Shown here piece after piece: positions 39,481 to 51,138 of a DNA stretch of 64,000 nucleotides (the first letter of the stretch is position 1; each line of letters starts with the position of its first letter). The stretch is from Podarcis melisellensis. Lineage: Eukaryota. A program made the position numbers and the translations under genes. The stretch is taken from assembly GCA_964234715.1 (NCBI GenBank), contig OZ174275.1. One strand, given 5' to 3'. A model generated the notes under the pieces. That model was not told the origin of the DNA, ran no database searches, and saw only the letters and a list, made by a program, of their open reading frames with translations.

Positions 39481-40186
39481 CACTAGAACTCTCTGTCACT
39501 TGAAAAGCTACTTCTGAGATGGACAGACCCCTCACAGACTAGCATGGGATGGAGAGGGTGGTTAGTGGGCCAATAATTTAGAAGAATTTGGCAGTGAGGC
39601 CTTGTACAAGCAGAATTGCCTTTCCATGTATGCAAGAACCTAAAAAAAGCCGGCTAGATCAGGCCAAAGGCCCATCAAACACAACAAGTGCTATTTTTCT
39701 AGAAAAAGAGGTGTCAGAACTTAGCATGAGCATCTTGTTCTCTCAGAATGGCAATGGCGCCCACCTGAGAGGTGCCAGAACTGAGTTCCAGCAGGGGAAA
39801 AAGCCCTGATTAGAACACTTGTTTCCACAGCAGCTAACCACGCCACTGAATAGCGATAAAACCACACATTTTGTCAATTTATGCTGGCTCTCAAAACATC
39901 TCTTGGAGTCTATGCATATCGCTTGGCAATGCTTGAAATTACCACTATTTCCCCCTTTTATGGGTACCCTCATTACTGGCATTCAGGTGCCAGCTGAAAA
40001 TCTGGTTCTCGTTCAGGACTTTGCACATTATCACCATGGTTATCAGAATTTGATCTTGTGTTATCTTTTATTGTATTTTTCCCTAGAAATATATGATGGT
40101 GTATTGACTTTATTTCAACTTGCTCAGAGATCCTAGGATGAGGGCCAGGAATAAGTAAGTGCTCTTCATTCAATTCACAAAAATGA

Positions 40187-40374
40187 GGTACCTCGGTTTA
40201 AGAACAGTTAGGTTTAAGAATGATTTGGTTTACAAACTCCGCAAAACCGGAAATAGTGTCTTGGTTTGAGAACTTTACCTCAGTCCAAGAATGGAATCGC
40301 CTCAGTTTAAGAACAGTTTTGGTTTAAGAACGGACTTCCGGAACGGATTAAGTTCGTAAACCGAGGTACCACTG
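40187..40374. mobile_element. Tc1/mariner MITE, related subfamily
   Basis: ggtacctcggttt...aaaccgaggtaccactgta. Confidence 0.8.
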
Positions 40375-40546
40375 TACTGTAAGACATACAATTTTGAAAT
40401 ATTTGGCCCAGATATCCCCACTTGTTCCAACAATATTCCTGTGTCTTCATCCTCAACCTGTTAGCCTCCCAAATTTCAAAGGAATGTGCCTCAAGTATGT
40501 GATTCTAGACCTAAGACAAGGCGATCAGATACACATTGTTGGCGCA

Positions 40547-40565
40547 TAGCTCCATCTAGTGGCGA
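40547..40565 (-). promoter_or_regulatory. Candidate CTCF site
   Basis: Minus strand reads tcgccactagatggagcta, close to the CCASYAGRKGGC consensus. Confidence 0.45.
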
Positions 40566-40578
40566 CAGGTACTATAAC

Positions 40579-40777
40579 CAAAACAAAAAAATTCCTTCCA
40601 GTAGCACCTTAAAGACCAACTAAGTTAGTTCTTGGTATGAGCTTTCGTGTGCATGCACACTTCTTCAGATACACACGAAAGCTCATACCAAGAACTAACT
40701 TAGTTGGTCTTTAAGGTGCTACTGGAAGGAATTTTTTTGTTTTGACTATGGCAGACCAACACGGCTACCTATCTGTA
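40579..40777. mobile_element. Penelope-like element remnant, fold-back
   Basis: Same family as 6239-6480, nearly identical; TSD acaggtactataac. Confidence 0.75.
40634..40672 (-). ncRNA. Minimal hammerhead ribozyme
   Basis: Reverse complement gives gtatCTGAAGAagtgtgcatgcacacGAAAGCTCatacc. Confidence 0.7.
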
Positions 40778-42543
40778 ACAGGTACTATAACATTAGCTTT
40801 CATTTTTTTGATGTGTTTCCACACACACATGTCTGGCGAGTGCCTTTGTTTGTGTGTGCTATGTGCAGCGAATGTGGATGTGTGGTCTGCTTGTGTGCTG
40901 CATGTACTTGTGCAAATATTGGCTATGCTCACTCTGAGTGTGGCCTTCAAGCTGAAAAAAGCTACCCAACTTGGAATTCAACTTGGAAAATGTCTGTCTG
41001 CCTGCTCCCGCCCCCCAATTTCCCCCCTTTTATTTGATGTTTAAAAGCACATTTGGAATTCTGCCTCTTAGAAAAATGAATAAATTCAAATGTCATATTC
41101 CAGGTCAGCCACAACAATGTTTATTTGGTGAGTTTCAAAGCCATCTATTCAAATTCATATTTAAAATGTCTCAGTTGCATGAAGTGCAGCAAACAGTGTT
41201 TGTGTTTCTTTAGAATGCTATTATAATTTATAGTATAAAGGTAAAGGGACCTCTGGCCATTTGGTCCTGTCGTGGTCAACTCTGGGGTTGCAATATACTG
41301 TGCTATAAATTTCCACAGCATCTATCAAGAGTGACTAGTACAAAAGTACAAAAAGTAACAATATTGGAATTTATTCCCATTTAATTCTCCCTTCCCATAA
41401 GGCCACAGAAATTTTAAACCAGAACAGTTAGACAAATTTCCCTGGTTATGGGGAAAAGGAAAATAACAGTTTCGAGCTACTAGTATCAGATCTTTGCAAG
41501 AACTCACTGCTCCATTTCTTCTTGTATTTGACAGCTACCACTGCCAATATTTTAATCCAGATGGGAGGGGAAACAAACCATTATCTGGTGATTTGATACT
41601 CATAAGAATTCTGCTCCTTACCCATTTACTGATGGGTGGATGAGGAATCCAACTTTCTTTCTGTTCAAATTAAATTCACTTGGATTCCCAACCTCTCCTT
41701 GTTTTGAATCAAAAAATGATAAGAGAGAGAGAGAACATTCACCCTCCGCTAATTAACGAAAAACAAAACTAAGAATCCTGCAAATTTCCTGCTCATACAT
41801 GTCTAACTGAAGGCCATAAAATGAAAGAGAAGGAATCATTTATATTCACAGAATAGTTAAAGATGTGGAAGTGAGGAACAACATGGAAGTTGAAGGTCTG
41901 TGAAAAACAAGCTTTTGACTTCTTGCACCTTCAAAATACAGTACTGAGCACAAATTGGAAGTGGAAGAAGAGTAGTTTTTTTCCTGGTTTAGACATGCAT
42001 GCAAAAAACGATTGGAGGAAGATGTCATAGACAATATGTTGTCTGTAGCACCTAATTCAGATTTTAATGGATGCCCGCCTCACTTTGAGAACCATTCTTG
42101 CCATTCTTTGCAAAAATTATATTACAATGTGCTTGTTAATTATTCTGAGTTTCTTGTTCAAATCACTTTGAGAACTTCAGTTTAAAAGTCTTTTTAGATT
42201 GTAAAAGAAAAAACAAACTATTTTTTTTAAACTTTCTATTTCGTAGTCTTGCCTGTAATGTAATATTTCTTTTGAACACACCAAGGTAACAGAATGCAAG
42301 TACAAGTTCAGAACATGATTTTCAAACACCAGCTCAACCTAGACACCTGTTTTCAAGATGGCAAGGACAAATGCACAACACAGTGATGGCATCATCCCAC
42401 ACTATTTAATGGGGAGAAAGTAGGAGAAGGAAAGACAGAAAATACACTATTGTAGTGATCTACTTCAAGAAAGATCTCTGAAATATATTGATCTACTAGC
42501 GGTACTTTGTAACTAGAGCAACTATTTCATCATTCCAGCAATT

Positions 42544-42577
<34 letters not shown>

Positions 42578-44641
42578 AATAAATTTTATTTATATCCCGC
42601 CCTCCCCAGCCAAAGCCGGGCTCAGGGCAGCTAACAACACTAAAACAGTGCAACAATATATAAGACAAGACAGCATCTCCCTAAAGAAGTTAAAATTGAT
42701 CAGGCTAGCTGGTAACTTAACAGGATACATTTCCCCCCTATTCATCTATTTTATTATTATTTTCTTTAACAAAAGGACTCTGGTTTATCTTTCAGCCCCC
42801 ACCCCTTCCCATTCCTCTAAGCTGTTTTCCTCCAAGAGGGCCTCTGTGAGCCCTTCTAATAATCTGATCAAAGTAACCCCTACCATCTGGAAGTCTCTCA
42901 GATCCAGATCCAGTCTGACATGCATGCCAGCATAAAAAGAAAAACAATCAAATTTAGCAGAATATATCACAATTCCAGAGAACGTAACAATCCAGTATGT
43001 ACAGCAGTACAAGAGCAATAAAAACATAGTTTTTGCTGCAGAATGTGGACATTCCATGCACACTACAGCCTCTCTATTTGTTATGGGAGCGTTTCAAATG
43101 GCCTCCCAGCTGGCTTTGAATAACCACATAACCAGTGTGCCATTTGAATTCTTGACAACTATCTGTGCCCAGGAATTATGTGCTGCCTGACCCCACTTCC
43201 TTGCTCCCAACATCCCACAGGATACTGTCAAAACTGACTGCAGATGACAAAGCTGTCTGCAAATGTGATATGAAGGCTGGCAACATTCACCTTGCCTTAT
43301 GGGAATCCTTTCAGACAACCACAGTATCCATATCCATGGTATCCATAGCAGTGACCAGAGGATAAATTAGCACTGGGAGAAGTAAAGAGAGAAGAAACGC
43401 CATGATGCACCTGTAGCAACACAGCTGCATGCCTTCATCTGCCCCAACTGCAACAAAACATTTCTCTCTCGTATCAATCTTTGCAGCCACAGGAGGGCCT
43501 GTTTTTCACCCCCGAAGGAACACTCTTCCATTGTCTCCTGAGACAGACGGGTGTCAACAAGTAACAATTGAGTTTTTCAATCTATAAGACTTTCAAATGC
43601 CTGTGGTGGCCAATAAAGACCTCATGAAAAATAAAGTTATCAGTGACCACTAGTCATAATGGCTATATGCTACTACTTTAGAGACAGAACACTTCTGAAT
43701 ATCACTTGCTGTGGATCACATGCAGGAAAGAGCTATTTTGTGGGCTTCTCATAGGTATCTGGTTGGCTAATGTGAAAACACTATAGTGGACTCGATAGAG
43801 CTTTGTTCTGACCCAGCAGGGATCTTACTACTTTCTTACCAAGCAAACCAGAACAGCAGAATCACACTACTCCACCAAATTCATGATCTATTCCCACAAG
43901 CACTGAAGTGGGAGGAGGTAATTCAGAGGCTGACACTTTTTGTAAAATGAGATGCCAGGTCTCGGTGGCATCACACTAAACCGAGTGTGAGGTGGGTAAG
44001 AGGAAGAAAGCACAATTTTACACGCTGACAGACCAATGGAACTCCAGTTCTCAAACTGTGAATTTAGAAGTCTGTGGTCAAGCTAGACTGGGAGTTGCAT
44101 TAAATTTTCTTGTGCGGGTAAAAAGGTCATGTCCGAGTCTATCCTGACAATTACTGTTCCACGAAGAATCAGACTTTGAAATACGTGCAGAGATGGAGAG
44201 AATGTCGCTACTTTCCTTTTAAACCACTTTGACTGCACAGCCAAAGCGATCTTTAAGCTGAGAACCCTTGAAAACTTACTCCAGACTTTAGAGTCTAAAA
44301 GAAACTCAGGTTACTATCAACGTACTGTATTTCTCAGTGAGGGGGTAAGACTAACGGGGATCAACTTTTAATAGGATAAACGCCATGCAAGTCAAGCGGA
44401 GATTGCAGATTCCACTTTACTATTACATGTATTGTTATTATTAGGGACAGCACAGGAGATAACACCCTGCACTCCCCCTTCTTCCTCCTCCTCCAGTGCT
44501 CCCATCCTATGAGGCTCTTGCAAACAGCATCAGCCAATTTAAGCTGCGGGGCTTTCCAAACAAGTGCCAAAGAAGCAATCCTATAACTGCTCGAAGTAAC
44601 AGAACACCAAGGATGCAGCCTCGGGGAAAGGCTGCCGTTAC

Positions 44642-44800
44642 CTTTCATTTTATTTTTTTTGCTCCAGCCGGTACCGCCCAGAGCTTGCCAAACACGCGCG
44701 AGGTTCAGAAGACACTCCTTCTGCGTGCAGGCGCCGCTCCCTCCAGCTGCTGCCGCCGCAGCTCAGCGCCGAGCCCTCAGGATCATAGACTCGCGCGACC
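44642..44800 (-). other. Probable first exon of the minus-strand gene
   Basis: GC/CpG-rich segment ending ATG AAA G|GTaacg (donor at 44641-44640), just downstream of ETS and GC-box motifs. Confidence 0.55.
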
Positions 44801-44910
44801 CGCCCACTTCCGGAATCCTTTAGAATGCAGCGCCCTCAGGGCGGAAGTGGAAAGGGAGGGGGCGGAGGACTCTCGGGATTGATACTAACTGTGATCGTAG
44901 CGCGCCTTTC
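44660..44910 (-). promoter_or_regulatory. CpG-island, TATA-less promoter with ETS/GABPA and Sp1 motifs
   Basis: CpG-dense. Contains cacttccgg (44805-44813), gcggaagtg (44841-44849), ccgccc and ggggcgga GC boxes, and ctcgcgcga. Confidence 0.7.
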
Positions 44911-44974
44911 TCTCTCCCCGCAACAAGCAAATGGCAACAACCTTTTCCTGTGTTCTAATGCGGGTCTTTATTCG

Positions 44975-45624
44975 ATGGGGAATTACGTACAAGCTAAACA
45001 AGCTATAGTTCAGGACCCCACTCTCTTGGGGGCCCCAAAAAAATTAAAAGGAAAAAAACACCTGGATGTACATTTCCAAAATATAAGATAAAAAACAAAT
45101 AAAATAAAACTTACATACAGCAACAGTGTTTTGTGTTGTGTAGGCTCCTATGATGTAAGTAATGGGCCCCACCTGCTAGCCTGCTCCCTAAAATATCCCT
45201 GGTTTGCTCATTTCTATATACAGTGGTACCTCGGGTTACATACGCTTCAGGTTACAGACTCCGCTAACCCAGAAATAGCACCTCAGGTTAAGAACTTTGT
45301 TTCAGGGTAAGAACAGAAAGCATGCTCTGGCGGCGTGGTGGCAGCAGGAGGCCCCATTAGCTAAAGTGGTGCTTCAGGTTAAGAACAGTTTCAGCTTAAG
45401 AACGGACCTCTGGAACGAATTAAGTACTTAACCCAAGTTACTACTGCATAGGGTGCCTACATTCTGCATGTGCAAGTGGCTTGTTAGGTCCATAAGTTAC
45501 CATATAGCATATATTCAACACAAAAAACAGTGGCAATTTGTTGTTGACAAAGGACAGCTGGGCATATAAAGGGCCCCATTACCTTCAGTAGCTGAGGGCC
45601 TCATCAAACCTAAATCCTGCCCTG
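44975..45624 (-). mobile_element. Non-autonomous hAT element, same family as 49740-50447 in inverted orientation
   Basis: Reverse-complement similarity; ends gggcctcatcaaacctaaatcctgccctg. Confidence 0.8.
45221..45446. mobile_element. Tc1/mariner MITE nested in a hAT element
   Basis: TIR family match. Confidence 0.85.
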
Positions 45625-46355
45625 TGAGGTTTCCTTTCAGGAGCGTTTCTCCCTTTCCCAGTTTTATCCTAACAACAACCCTCTGAGGTGTGTTAGGCTG
45701 AGCTCCGCATACCAAACAGTGTAGCCACTAGGCCACATTAGCCACCTGTCCGCTTGTGGACGTGGGTGTGCTCTTGGTGGAAGGATTTTAGGAATGTGCT
45801 AGCTACGTCAATCTCCCAGGGTGACAGTTCCTCTGTTGCCATGGTGAATAAAGGAGAAGGAAACTGAACTGATATGCTAGGTTAAAAAACAACAACTTTA
45901 AACACTATTCTTTAGCTAAGAAAAAAATTCACACTTTCCACAGTATTTTTTCCTCCCCATTTCCTCAGTTAAAAAGAGCAAAAGCCCCTGTCTTTGTTGC
46001 TCCCTTTTGTAGCTTAAACTTGAGTTTCTCCATTGTTTTCTATGGGCAGCTCACACTTCCACCCGACAGGAGCCTGGGAAAGAAACTGGGAAGCTCTGTG
46101 TCCCAGCAGCGGACTTGTTACTCTACAATTCCTATCTCTATGCTCAGCCCTGCACAATAAAAGCTCACAGGGTGAACCAGAAAGGCTAACAATGATGGGG
46201 CCTTTGTTGCAGTGACTGGGTGGGACGCCTTGAAATATTTCAGGAAAGCAGAGGTTTTAGGACTGATTTGGCAAGAACTTGGGGTGCGTGGCTGTTTAGC
46301 TTCCGATAGAGAAAGAAGGCAGCTTATTTGTTTAATAAAGCACACTAGGGCAACA

Positions 46356-46705
46356 GGTAAAGGTAAAGGTACCCCTGACCATTAGGTCCAGTTGAGGACG
46401 ACTCTGGGGTTGCAGCGCTCATTTCGCTGTATATCCCGAGGGAGCCGGCATTTCTCCACAGACAGCTTCTAGGTCATGTGGGCAGCATGACTAAGTCGCT
46501 TCTGGCGAACCAGAGCAGCGCACAGAAATGTCGTTTAGCTTCCTACCGGAGTGGTATTTATTTATCTACTTGCATTGAACTGCTAGGTTGGCAGGAGCAG
46601 GGACCGAGCAACAGGAGCTCACCCCATCGCGGGGATTCGAACTGCCAACCTTCTGATCGGCACGTCCTAGGCTCTGTGGTTTAACCCACAGCGCCACCCG
46701 CGTCC
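46356..46705 (-). mobile_element. Sauria SINE, full length
   Basis: Runs from the ggtaaaggtaaagg tail to the gcgccacccgcgtcc head on the + strand. Confidence 0.9.
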
Positions 46706-47894
46706 AGAGCAAAAGAAGTGCAGAAATTCATGTTCTAGAGGCTTTCAACCTGCGGAGAATGATTTTGTTCAGCACCATGTGCAAGGCAGGATTTGGGCTT
46801 TTTGTCATGAGATTCAAATCATGAACCGCATGAAATAATGATAAGGAAGAGGGTGCTTTAAATTGGAAATCGAATATTATGCCAAGGCACTTAAAATGGC
46901 TTGGAGGGGAAAGGGAATATAATTGATTTGGTATCTTTCTCAGAAGAATGGGCAATATGCTGGAATGGATTGACAGTTTTATGCTGGCTTTCAGGGTTTT
47001 AGTTGCTGCAGTTTCAGTAAATAGATTGAAATACACATTTAACTGACTTTTGTTAGTCATCTTGGGAGGGTTTTCCCCCAGAAGGTAGAGTACAAATAAA
47101 TTAATTAAATAAACCATAAATGTATTCAACTAAGTTTTGCTCCCAGTTGTTTAGTAGTTGGCAAAGCAAGATTTTATTACTAAAAGTAGGATTTTTTTTC
47201 TGCGAAGCTAGTCACTCCCAGTTACTATTGAGCCCAAATCTGATAAGACTCAAATAGGCACATAAATTCCAACTCAGCAACTTCACTTTGAAGTTTCCCT
47301 TTGAATTTTTGTTGTTGTTGAAGTATGGGAAACTTGAAAGTCCTACCGGGTGCCCAAGGAGACGATTAAGTGTCAACAATTATTGTAACCTATCCTGGAA
47401 CCATTTTTTGGAGGGTGGGCTTTAAGTCTAATAACAGGGTGGCATTTTACTCACTGAAGTTAATGGGCCTAACTTAGTCATGTTCATGAATTTCAATGGG
47501 TTTACTCTGAGTAAAACTTAAATGCTGCCCTGAGTCTGTCTAGGTTGCCCTGGTGGATGACATGGGGAGTGCAAACTTCTTACTTGATATATCAATGGCT
47601 TTTGATACAACTGACCATGTCATCCTCCTGGATTGACTGTGGGATGGGTATCAGAGGCACTGTATTACAGTGGTTCCTATCCTACCTGCAATGAGGGAGA
47701 GATCTTCAACCCCAGGAGGAGCATGACATTTCCCCACTAGAGATACTTCCCCTCCCCTAACACCACGTGTATACAGACGCTGTATACTGTCTTGTTATAT
47801 TGTAATTGGCCAAGGCCAAATTAAGGTGGTTGGGGGCTCTGGTGTAGTTGCCAAAATAGGGTCCCCTTCCCCTCAAAAGGAATTCATGAAATAA

Positions 47895-47934
47895 GGTATC
47901 TGAAGAAGTGTGCATGCACACGAAAGCTCATACC
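47895..47934 (+). ncRNA. Minimal type I hammerhead ribozyme
   Basis: ggtat-CTGAAGA-a-gtgtgc at gcacac-GAA-AGCT-C-atacc: stem I ggtat/atacc, stem II, and a palindromic mini stem III. Confidence 0.7.
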
Positions 47935-48025
47935 AAGAACTAACTTAGTTGGTCTTTAAGGTGCTACTGGAAGGAATTTTTTTTGTTTTGACTATGGCAG
48001 ACCAACACGGCTACCTATCTGTAAC
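47895..48025 (+). mobile_element. Penelope-like element 3' remnant, single arm
   Basis: Same family; begins at the hammerhead motif. Confidence 0.75.
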
Positions 48026-48059
48026 TGGAATATACATGCTGAGGTATCTTAAAGACTTT

Positions 48060-48350
48060 TTTGATGCCATGCATCTGCCTCAGGAGACAATGGAGGAGTG
48101 CACCTTTGGGTGTCAAGTCAAACTATTGGAAGGTTACAGCGCCTGTGGTGGGTGTAGAGGCCAATACGGGATAAACATGGTTTGTTGCAGCTGGAGCAGA
48201 AGAAAGTGCCAGGTTGTGCTGCTGCATATGAACCATGGCCCCTCCCAGTAGTCTTTCCTCCTCTGGTCGTGGCATGGTTGATGTTGCCAGCATTTGTTTG
48301 CAGACATCTTTCTATGCAGGGCCTGGTGCCTGAAGCCAGCTCCCTGCAGA
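48060..48350 (-). mobile_element. RTE-type LINE 3' remnant; related copy at ~43380-43560 on the + strand
   Basis: C-terminal zinc-finger-like FFCSSCNKPCLSRIGLYTHHRRC. Confidence 0.65.
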
Positions 48351-49739
48351 GCACAAATTGAGTACAGTATTACATAAGCTGTCATGGACTGTATGTGCAA
48401 CTATTTAACTGATGTTTTTCAGTTACAGTAATTTTTCTGAGTTCAGGTGACACAGTTACTGAAAAGTTTAATCTCCTGAGTGGTTTTTCTTTGACAGCCA
48501 CTTTTGCTGAATCTTTATGGGCCCAGATTGCTAGAGCATTAAGCTATTTTTTTTTTACCCTTCATGCCAACTTTGTGGTTAAGATGTATCTAGCATCATT
48601 TATCCCAGTTGATACCTGTTTTGGATTTAAATCGATTTTATGTATCTGCTGCTGTTATTTTAAACTGTTGTTTATATTCATAATTGTTTTTATAAAACTG
48701 GATTTATATATGTAACAGAAATTTCAATGTAAATATAAAATATCCATGATGCTAAATTGGCTTTTGTTTATTCCATTTTAAAAAAAGTTTTTTATTAACA
48801 ATTTCAACATAACAAATTATCAAAACAAATCATCTTCATTATTCCCCCCTCCCCCCCAACAAACCCTCCCTCTGCATGTTAATCTCTGCATGTTGTAAAA
48901 TTGGATACATCCATTTGTTTATTCCATTTCCAGGTTGCTTAGACCGCATACATCATTTGGGGCCGGGAGACATTTTATCCTTACAATGCTGTGAGGTAGT
49001 TTAATATAAGATATAGTGATTCACCCATAGTCTCCAAGTGTACTTAAGGGCTGACTGTCTCCATGTCACACTGGCTATGCCTATAGATTGTCAAATTTAT
49101 TTATTAAAATTTATACATTGCTTGACTGTAAAAACAAACAAACAAACCCTCAAAGCAGTTAATGATAATGTTGCCAGATTTACAAGTGTCCTCATGCACA
49201 CACAAGACCTTTGCATTCTCACTCTGCTGCTGATTATTTATCAAAGTTTGACCTCACCTCCTTGTTACGAAAGCAGTCTGGAAGTAATTCTTAATGGGAC
49301 CAACTAGCAGAGCTAATCCTACCGTCAGGGAGTGTGAGGCAACAACTTTGGGTCATTGATTTTCATTGTTCATGAAAGAGCAGAAAATTATTATTATTAT
49401 TATTCTGTTTTTTTTTACTGCAGGGAAAAGGGACAGGCATTTGTGCCATTTCCTCCCTCCTCTCCTAAAACAACTGAACCAGCCATGAGTACTCTGTCAT
49501 TTGACAAGTGTCAGGGTGCAATTTCTTACTCCACATCAGGCAGCAAAGTTACCGGTATCTTAGCCCATCGGGTCTGAAGCAAGAATAGGAGAGCGTACTG
49601 GTGGGGTGCAGGTGTGTTTTCTCTGTTTTGTAGCATCTCCCAAACAGCTGATTGTACAAGCTCTTTCTTGGGAGTGGAGTGGGGTAGAAGACAGCTGACA
49701 AATGGGGAGTCCCAATTTCTCAAAATCAAGTTGAGCGTG

Positions 49740-50447
49740 CAGGGCCGGATTTAGGTTTGATGAGGCCCTAAGCTACCAAAGGTATATGTCCAGCTGTCCT
49801 TTGTCAACAACAAACGGTCACTGTTTTTTGTGTTGAATATATGTTATATGGTAATTTATGGACCTAATAGGTATCTAAAGTCATTTGCACAAATGTATCA
49901 CTTACATCGGGGACACAGGTGGCGCTGTGGGTTAAAGCCTCAGCGCCTAGGACTTGCTGATCGAAAGGTCGGTGGTTCGAATCCCTGCTGCGGGGTGCGC
50001 TCCCGCTGCTCGGTCCCAGCGCCTGCCAACCTAGCAGTTCGAAAGCACCTCCGGGTGCAAGTAGATAAATAGGGACCGCTTGCCAGCGGGAAGGTAAACG
50101 GCGTTTCCGTGTGCAGCTCTGGCTCGCCAGAGCAGCGATGTCACACTGGCCATGTGACCCGGAAGTGTCTCCGGACAGCGCTGGCCCCTGGCCTCTTAAG
50201 TGAGATGGGCGCACAACCCCAGAGTCTGTCAAGACTGGCCCGTACGGGCAGGGGTACCTTTACCGTTATCACTTACATCACAGGAGCCTACACAACACAA
50301 AACACTGTTGCTGTATGTAGGTTTTATTTTATTTGTTTTTTTATCTTATATTTTGGAAATGTACATCCAGGTTGGTTTTTTCCTTTAATTTTTTGGGGGG
50401 CCCCAAGAGAGCTATAACTTGTTTAGCTTATGCGTAAATCTGGCACT
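49740..50447 (+). mobile_element. Non-autonomous hAT element carrying a nested Sauria SINE
   Basis: cagggccggattta...taaatctggcactg; TSD tgagcgtg/tgagcgcg. Confidence 0.85.
49909..50266 (+). mobile_element. Sauria SINE nested in a hAT element
   Basis: Full-length copy; TSD tatcacttacatc. Confidence 0.9.
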
Positions 50448-50732
50448 GTGAGCGCGGTAGACACCCGGCGGTGTTTTCTTGCTAGCCAGCCGAAGCGAGA
50501 AGGGAACTTATAGGGGATCGTCTTCTATCCTCGCGCCCCAACTTCCTAAACCGGAGTCCTTTTAGACGTTCTCGAAGGGATCAGCCCGGCATTCACCGAA
50601 CCGGGTCTGCCACATTTGTCTCCTCCTTGCGCAGCGGAGGCTCCGGCCCCTGGGCTGGCTCTGGCTCGGGTCCCAGTCGTGTGGTCTAAAGGTTACAGCG
50701 CCGGGCGCCCCCGGCCAACTTCGTAGGGGTGG

Positions 50733-50735
<3 letters not shown>

Positions 50736-50798
<63 letters not shown>
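50736..50798. repeat. (GA)n microsatellite inside the CpG island
   Basis: Directly visible. Confidence 0.98.
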
Positions 50799-50799
<1 letters not shown>

Positions 50800-50804
<5 letters not shown>

Positions 50805-51138
50805 GGCGCTTCTTGCCAAGGCTCCGACCCGCCTGCTCCTCACTCCCCTCCCTCTGCTTTTCCCGCCCCGTCGCTATTTCCGAGCCCAGGGGAAGACGCC
50901 TTGCCTCCCCTCCCGCCGCCACCCAAAAGGAGGTGGTCCGACCTCCCCGGCGGCGCAACCTCGGACGCGCTCCCAAGACAGTCGCGGGGCCGCTCCTCCT
51001 CCTCCTCCTGCAGCGCGACACCGGCGGAGCTCCACGCGGTTTCCCACCCACTTCCACGCGCGCTGGTGACCATGACCGGGAAAGCCAGGGGCTTTGGGCG
51101 CGAAGCGGCCCACCAGATCCTGGCCGGAGGATCCGCGG
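50800..51138 (+). other. Probable first exon of an unidentified plus-strand gene; start approximate; ATG at 51072 gives MTGKARGFGREAAHQILAGGSA
   Basis: Perfect donor CGG|GTAAGT at 51139 inside the CpG island. The accATG context is good, but it could be a uORF. Confidence 0.6.

Noticed and set aside
40742-41044. Shared N-terminus MADQHGYLSVTG in ORFs at 40742 and 47949, suggesting a gene family
   Set aside because: Both derive from the same Penelope-like terminal sequence.
41846-42051. Possible phase-1 exon continuing MK-G from exon 1 (GATDNILSMTSSS...)
   Set aside because: The pyrimidine tract is weak and there is no good donor before the stop; insufficient support.
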